Positions 60,010 to 64,000 of a stretch of DNA of 64,000 nucleotides are shown here, in pieces. The translations under genes were made by a program, and so were the position numbers. Source of the DNA: an uncultured Gemmatimonadales bacterium (GTDB lineage: Bacteria > Gemmatimonadota > Gemmatimonadetes > Gemmatimonadales > Gemmatimonadaceae). Each line of letters starts with the position of its first letter. The first letter of the stretch is position 1. The notes beneath the pieces are model-generated. The model had not been told where the DNA came from, made no database searches, and worked only from the letters and a program-made list of their open reading frames with translations. The DNA lies in the NCBI GenBank assembly GCA_963707505.1, contig CAVPQB010000006.1, positions 384,001-448,000 on the forward strand, in the 5' to 3' direction.

Positions 60010-61356
60010 TCAAAGATTCGCCGGCGCTACCCGCGATCCCGTTCTTGTACGTGCCACCAGAAACAATCCCGACGCCACCACCAGAACTCCGCCGATCACC
60101 GAGAACTCCCTGACCGTCGCGTTGCTCAGTATCCACACGATCACCGCAACAGCCAGGAACGGCACCACAGCTCCGCCTGGAATCCTGAACGGCGTTCCTC
60201 CCGCCTGAACATTCCTTCTCCGCAGTTCCCAGGCTGAGATGCAGCAGAAGAGATACAACACCAACACCGCGATGTTGCTGAGTATCGCGAGCTCCGCGAA
60301 GCCGCCTGTCACAGCAACGATGAAAGTCATCGTGCACTGCACCGCGATCGCGACTGCGGGCGTATCGTACTTCTGATGCACGCGCGCGAAGATCGGTGGA
60401 AGAATCCCGTCACGCCCGAACGCGTACAGCGCGCGCGGAGCCGTGAGCATCATTCCGCTCACGTAGCCGAACATCGAGATGCTCGCGCACACGCCGATGA
60501 ATATCGCGCCGCCCGACCCTGCCACCGCGCGAGCTGCTGACGTTAGCGGTGCCGCCTGCTCCAGCGCGAGCTGAGGACCGAGGATCATCTGCGCGACATA
60601 TTGTATCGATACATACAGAATCGTTATCGCGGTCATCGCCATGAACAACGCCCTCGGCACCGTCCGCGCAGGATCCTTCACCTCGCCACTCGGCACCAGA
60701 GCGAATTCGATTCCAGCAAAGGCGAAGATCAGCACGATCACGGATCGGCCCAGTTTCGCCGGTGCGAGATTGCCAAGCACGTCTGGAGCGCCTCCGTGTG
60801 CGAGCGCGGCGCCAATCACGACGAACACGATGAGCGGCAACAATTTCACGATCGTCACCAGCTCGAGGAACCGCGTGCTCTGTTTCGTTCCGCGAATGTT
60901 CAGCGCACCGAACAACAGAAACACCAGCGCCAGTATCAGCGCGCGCGGTACCGGTTGCGCGAGCGGCGCCCAGAATACGGCGATCGATCCGATGAACGCG
61001 CTCCCAACAGCGGCCGTCGCCGTTGTCCCCACCAGCCACAGCAACGTTCCGACGAGAAATCCAACGTACTTGCCAAGCGCGATCTCGACATACGCGTAGG
61101 GCCCACCGGTGAGCGATACTCTGCTCCCGGCCTGTGCAAAGCAAAGTACGATGAGTCCCATCGCTGCCGCGACAACAACGTACGCAACGGGCGCCGACGG
61201 ACCTATTGCGGCCGCAACGACAGCTGGAAGTACGAATATCCCCCCACCCACCGTGACGTTGAACGCCGTGGCCGCGAGCGCGCGCACACCAATCGCGCGC
61301 TCCAGGCCACGTTCTGAAGTGACAGGACCGTCATTCTCGCGAAAGCGGGAATCCAT
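60010..61356 (-). CDS. APC-family amino acid permease
   Basis: GLERAIG, VGGGIFVLP, FAFAGIE, PRALYAFGRDG; nearest ATG lies inside a palindromic repeat. Confidence 0.88.
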   Translation of the reverse strand: MDSRFRENDGPVTSERGLERAIGVRALAATAFNVTVGGGIFVLPAVVAAAIGPSAPVAYVVVAAAMGLIVLCFAQAGSRVSLTGGPYAYVEIALGKYVGFLVGTLLWLVGTTATAAVGSAFIGSIAVFWAPLAQPVPRALILALVFLLFGALNIRGTKQSTRFLELVTIVKLLPLIVFVVIGAALAHGGAPDVLGNLAPAKLGRSVIVLIFAFAGIEFALVPSGEVKDPARTVPRALFMAMTAITILYVSIQYVAQMILGPQLALEQAAPLTSAARAVAGSGGAIFIGVCASISMFGYVSGMMLTAPRALYAFGRDGILPPIFARVHQKYDTPAVAIAVQCTMTFIVAVTGGFAELAILSNIAVLVLYLFCCISAWELRRRNVQAGGTPFRIPGGAVVPFLAVAVIVWILSNATVREFSVIGGVLVVASGLFLVARTRTGSRVAPANL

Positions 61357-61499
61357 GTTATCGAGCTTTGGACGTGATGGCAGCAGGAAGCTTCTCGGCA
61401 ACAGATGGATTCCCGCTTTCGCGGGAATGACGACGGGCGGATGGATTCCGCTTTCGCTTTCGCGGGAATGACGACGGGCGGCGCGGATACATCCGCGCC
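61329..61499. repeat. Composite palindromic element: dRS3/RPE-like IR pair, a degenerate third copy and a GGCGCGGATACATCCGCGCC unit
   Basis: Arms at 61329-61356 and 61405-61432 (28 bp, 1 mismatch); tandem copy at 61441-61481; second-family palindrome at 61480-61499. Confidence 0.88.
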
Positions 61500-61507
61500 T
61501 CTCGTCG

Positions 61508-63010
61508 CTAACCCGGGAAGTGGGGGTGCTCCGTGTATGCCGGACGGAGATCCGCAATCGGTATCGATTCGTCGGAAATATGCGTCGGAATCGGCGCCGC
61601 CGCCTGCTCTCGCTGCTCCGGATCTTCCATACGCTCGGTGCGCTCATCCGGCACGGCCAGCCGGCGCAAGGTAAGATCGATGCTGTCGATCGTCTCTATC
61701 TCGGCTACGGTCCCCGCTCCGAGATCGCGGAACCTCCGCGCCTGCGGCAGCACCTTGTGCTCCAGCGATCCCACCGCACTGTTGTACGCCTCCACGGACT
61801 TCTCGAGCCCGCGACGCAACGTGTCGAAGTGATTCGAGAAGGTGCTGATGCGGGCGTACATCTCGCGGCCCAGCGCGCTGATCTCTTCCGCGTTCTTCGC
61901 CACACGATCCTGCTGCCAGCCGTACGCGATCGATCGCAGCAGCGCAATCAGCGTCGTCGGACTGGACGGAATAACGTGCTGATCGACACCATACTCGATC
62001 AACCCAGGATCGTACTGCAGCGCAGCACTGAAGAACGTCTCGCCCGGAAGAAACATCACAACGAACTCCGGCGTCGATTCGAACTGGCCCCAGTACGCCT
62101 TCTGCCCAAGTTTGACCATGTGGTCGCGAACCTGACGCGAATGGTCGCGCATCAACCTCTCGCGCTCCAGCTCATCGTTGCACTCGGTTGCAGCGAGATA
62201 CGCCATCAATGGTGCCTTGGCGTCGACGATGATCACCTTTCCGCCAGGCAGTCGCACGGTGAGATCGGGACGCAGCCTGCCCTCTTCCGTATCCACGCTC
62301 GTCTGCTCGGCGAAATCGCAGTGATCCAGCATGCCAGCCATCTCGCACACGCGCTTTAGCTGCATCTCGCCCCAGCGGCCGCGCACGGTCGGCGCGCGCA
62401 GTGCGTCGCCGAGCTGCTTGGTGCGGCCGCTCAGCTCGCGCTGCGCCTCGCCCATCGAGCGGACCTGTTCGATCAACGACTCGTACGATCCAACGCGCGC
62501 AAGCTCGACCTTCTGCAGCGTGCCGTCCATCTTCTGGAGCGTTTCCTTTATTGGCGACACCAGCTCGGTTATCGCCTGCTGCCGCAGCTCCAGCTCGGAA
62601 GAATTGCTCTGCTGCATCTCCGTCAACGACGTGCGCGCAAGCTGCAGAAACGATTCACTGTTCTGCCGCAACGCTTCCGCCCCCATCGACTGAAACGCTT
62701 CGCGCAGCCGTACCTCCGCCTGCTCGATCACCGCGATCTTGTCAGCGCTGCTCTTGCGCTCCGCATCGAGTTGCGCTGCGAGCGCCGCACGTTTCACGTC
62801 GGCAGCGCCGAGCTGCTCCACTCGCAGCGTGAGCCGCGCAGCTTCAGCGCTCCGGATCTCGTAGCGCGCCGTGAGATCAGCGATCCTGCTCTGTAGCGTT
62901 CCCAATGACGCGCGCTGCCTGCCCGCTGCTGCCAGCCAGCCGAGTCCGACGCCGAGTAGCAGAAGACCGACGGCGACGCCGAGTGTGGTGATGGTGAATA
63001 TGTCAGACAC
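61508..63010 (-). CDS. rmuC: DNA recombination protein RmuC
   Basis: N-terminal TM, coiled coil, RGRWGEMQL, RPD...VDAKAP, FVVMFLPGE, SPTTLIALL. Confidence 0.93.
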   Translation of the reverse strand: MSDIFTITTLGVAVGLLLLGVGLGWLAAAGRQRASLGTLQSRIADLTARYEIRSAEAARLTLRVEQLGAADVKRAALAAQLDAERKSSADKIAVIEQAEVRLREAFQSMGAEALRQNSESFLQLARTSLTEMQQSNSSELELRQQAITELVSPIKETLQKMDGTLQKVELARVGSYESLIEQVRSMGEAQRELSGRTKQLGDALRAPTVRGRWGEMQLKRVCEMAGMLDHCDFAEQTSVDTEEGRLRPDLTVRLPGGKVIIVDAKAPLMAYLAATECNDELERERLMRDHSRQVRDHMVKLGQKAYWGQFESTPEFVVMFLPGETFFSAALQYDPGLIEYGVDQHVIPSSPTTLIALLRSIAYGWQQDRVAKNAEEISALGREMYARISTFSNHFDTLRRGLEKSVEAYNSAVGSLEHKVLPQARRFRDLGAGTVAEIETIDSIDLTLRRLAVPDERTERMEDPEQREQAAAPIPTHISDESIPIADLRPAYTEHPHFPG

Positions 63011-63530
63011 GGGACGCTCCCGACGCGGCGTGCGCCTCACCCCATACACGATCGCTCAGCTTGTAGCCCTTGAGCTTGGCGAGCTGCACGGCCTGCCCGA
63101 CATGCAGTGCAAGGTGAACCGTCGCGTTGACGAAGTCCTCGTACACCGTCCAGTGGCGCCCCTCCGGGTCGCGTGACGGTGCCGCGTAATCTTCCGGCGA
63201 CAGCGAATCCATCGCAACACGCACGTCGTCGACGGCGCGCTCGAGCTCGTCCAGGATCTCGCGCTTGGTGAGCCGGCGCGATGCGTCGAATTCTTCCGGG
63301 CGATTGCGGACATAGTCCGTACCGGCAATGTGCCGGCCGATGAAGTGTCTGAGGTTACCGGCGCAGTGCAACGCCAGCACCGCAACAGGATTGACACCGG
63401 GTGCCGGCTGCCACCAGATCGATTCGTCGTCGAAGGGCTCGATCGCCGCCTTCATCATCAACGGAAGCGCCCCTGTGAGCCGGCTGCGCACCGCGGAGAC
63501 CCGAAGGTTCTGAGGTAGAGGAGTTGTCAT
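63003..63530 (-). CDS. DinB-superfamily (DUF1572-like) protein
   Basis: NPVAVLALHCAGNLRHFI, VRNRPEEF, HLALHVGQAVQLAK. Confidence 0.82.
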   Translation of the reverse strand: MTTPLPQNLRVSAVRSRLTGALPLMMKAAIEPFDDESIWWQPAPGVNPVAVLALHCAGNLRHFIGRHIAGTDYVRNRPEEFDASRRLTKREILDELERAVDDVRVAMDSLSPEDYAAPSRDPEGRHWTVYEDFVNATVHLALHVGQAVQLAKLKGYKLSDRVWGEAHAASGASRV

Positions 63531-63637
63531 TCGTCCTGCCGTTTTTGAAAATGGAAGGCGCGAATGCATCCACGCCGTCTGGGCCCGCGAAATTCACCCG
63601 CGTCGCTCGGTCACATGAAACACGACAGTCCGAGGTG

Positions 63638-63651
63638 ATGTTACGTAACAT
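63638..63651. promoter_or_regulatory. Perfect palindrome ATGTTACGTAACAT in a divergent promoter region
   Basis: 14-bp dyad in an AT-rich intergenic segment. Confidence 0.45.
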
Positions 63652-63702
63652 TGGATCCGATACTTGTTTTGCAAATTTTTCCCGCACCATTTCGGATCGA
63701 TA

Positions 63703-64000
63703 ATGCGTACCGATTCCGACCGTAACGATCGTACCGAACAGGCCGGAAATACCGGCGATCTCTCGACCGACACGTTCCGAAAGCACGGTCACGAGACGAT
63801 CGACTGGATCGCCGAATACCTGGAAGATCCCACTCGATCCCCCGTTCTGTCACAATCCCGCCCAGGCGATACCATCGCCTCCGTCCCCGGCATGCTCGGC
63901 GAGCTGCTCGCGCCGGTAGCGGAACGAGAGGCTGCGAATCCAGGGATCAGGGAGAAGGGACCGCTGGACGCGATGATGTCCCTATACTGCGCGTGTACTG
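63703..64000 (+). pseudogene. PLP-dependent (aromatic amino acid) decarboxylase N-terminus with internal deletions; runs off the window
   Basis: FRKHGHETIDWIAEYLEDP..PVLSQSRPGD, then jumps to PGMLGELLA and then to EREAA...YC; the HWxHP-containing block is absent. Confidence 0.65.

Noticed and set aside
1..64000. CRISPR array, tRNA, rRNA
   Set aside because: No regularly spaced direct repeats with unique spacers, and no tRNA or rRNA signatures seen by eye
1..64000. Hundreds of overlapping or antisense ORFs (e.g. 4719..5642, 9062..10108, 24072..25277, 51007..52236, 55908..57110)
   Set aside because: Shadow frames of real genes in high-GC DNA; Arg/Ser/Pro-rich with no motifs

Overview
GC-rich bacterial DNA, probably Gemmatimonadota. 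This is inferred from gene content (DUF5916, ECF sigma with HEAT-repeat proteins, DUF4397, Tat oxidoreductases, the RHS type) and was not tested. About 50 genes. Ordinary metabolic and transport genes surround one accessory island at ~36.7-50.2 kb, a polymorphic-toxin locus. It carries a ~2,280-aa RHS/YD protein with a signal peptide, eight Cys-paired Ig-like repeats and an HExxH C-terminal domain, followed by candidate immunity genes, an AraC-like regulator, an orphan RHS-CT/immunity module, an IS3 element and an IS-truncated HExxH gene. Upstream of the RHS gene are a sigma54-type -24/-12 promoter, an IHF-like dyad and a perfect 25-bp inverted repeat. Also present: a likely 3-keto-glycoside (redox) sugar-cleavage cluster, an ECF/anti-sigma/2x HEAT operon, a Prim-Pol + LigC pair, a YtrA-type GntR with an SPFH gene, and three families of small palindromic repeats. 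Palindromic DNA has entered coding sequence twice: one repeat appears to supply a permease start codon, and a separate hairpin is inserted in frame in the IS3 transposase. Several genes are frameshifted, probably by consensus errors. No tRNA, rRNA or CRISPR was seen. All product calls come from recognising motifs by eye, with no database search, and many starts were moved to more plausible codons.
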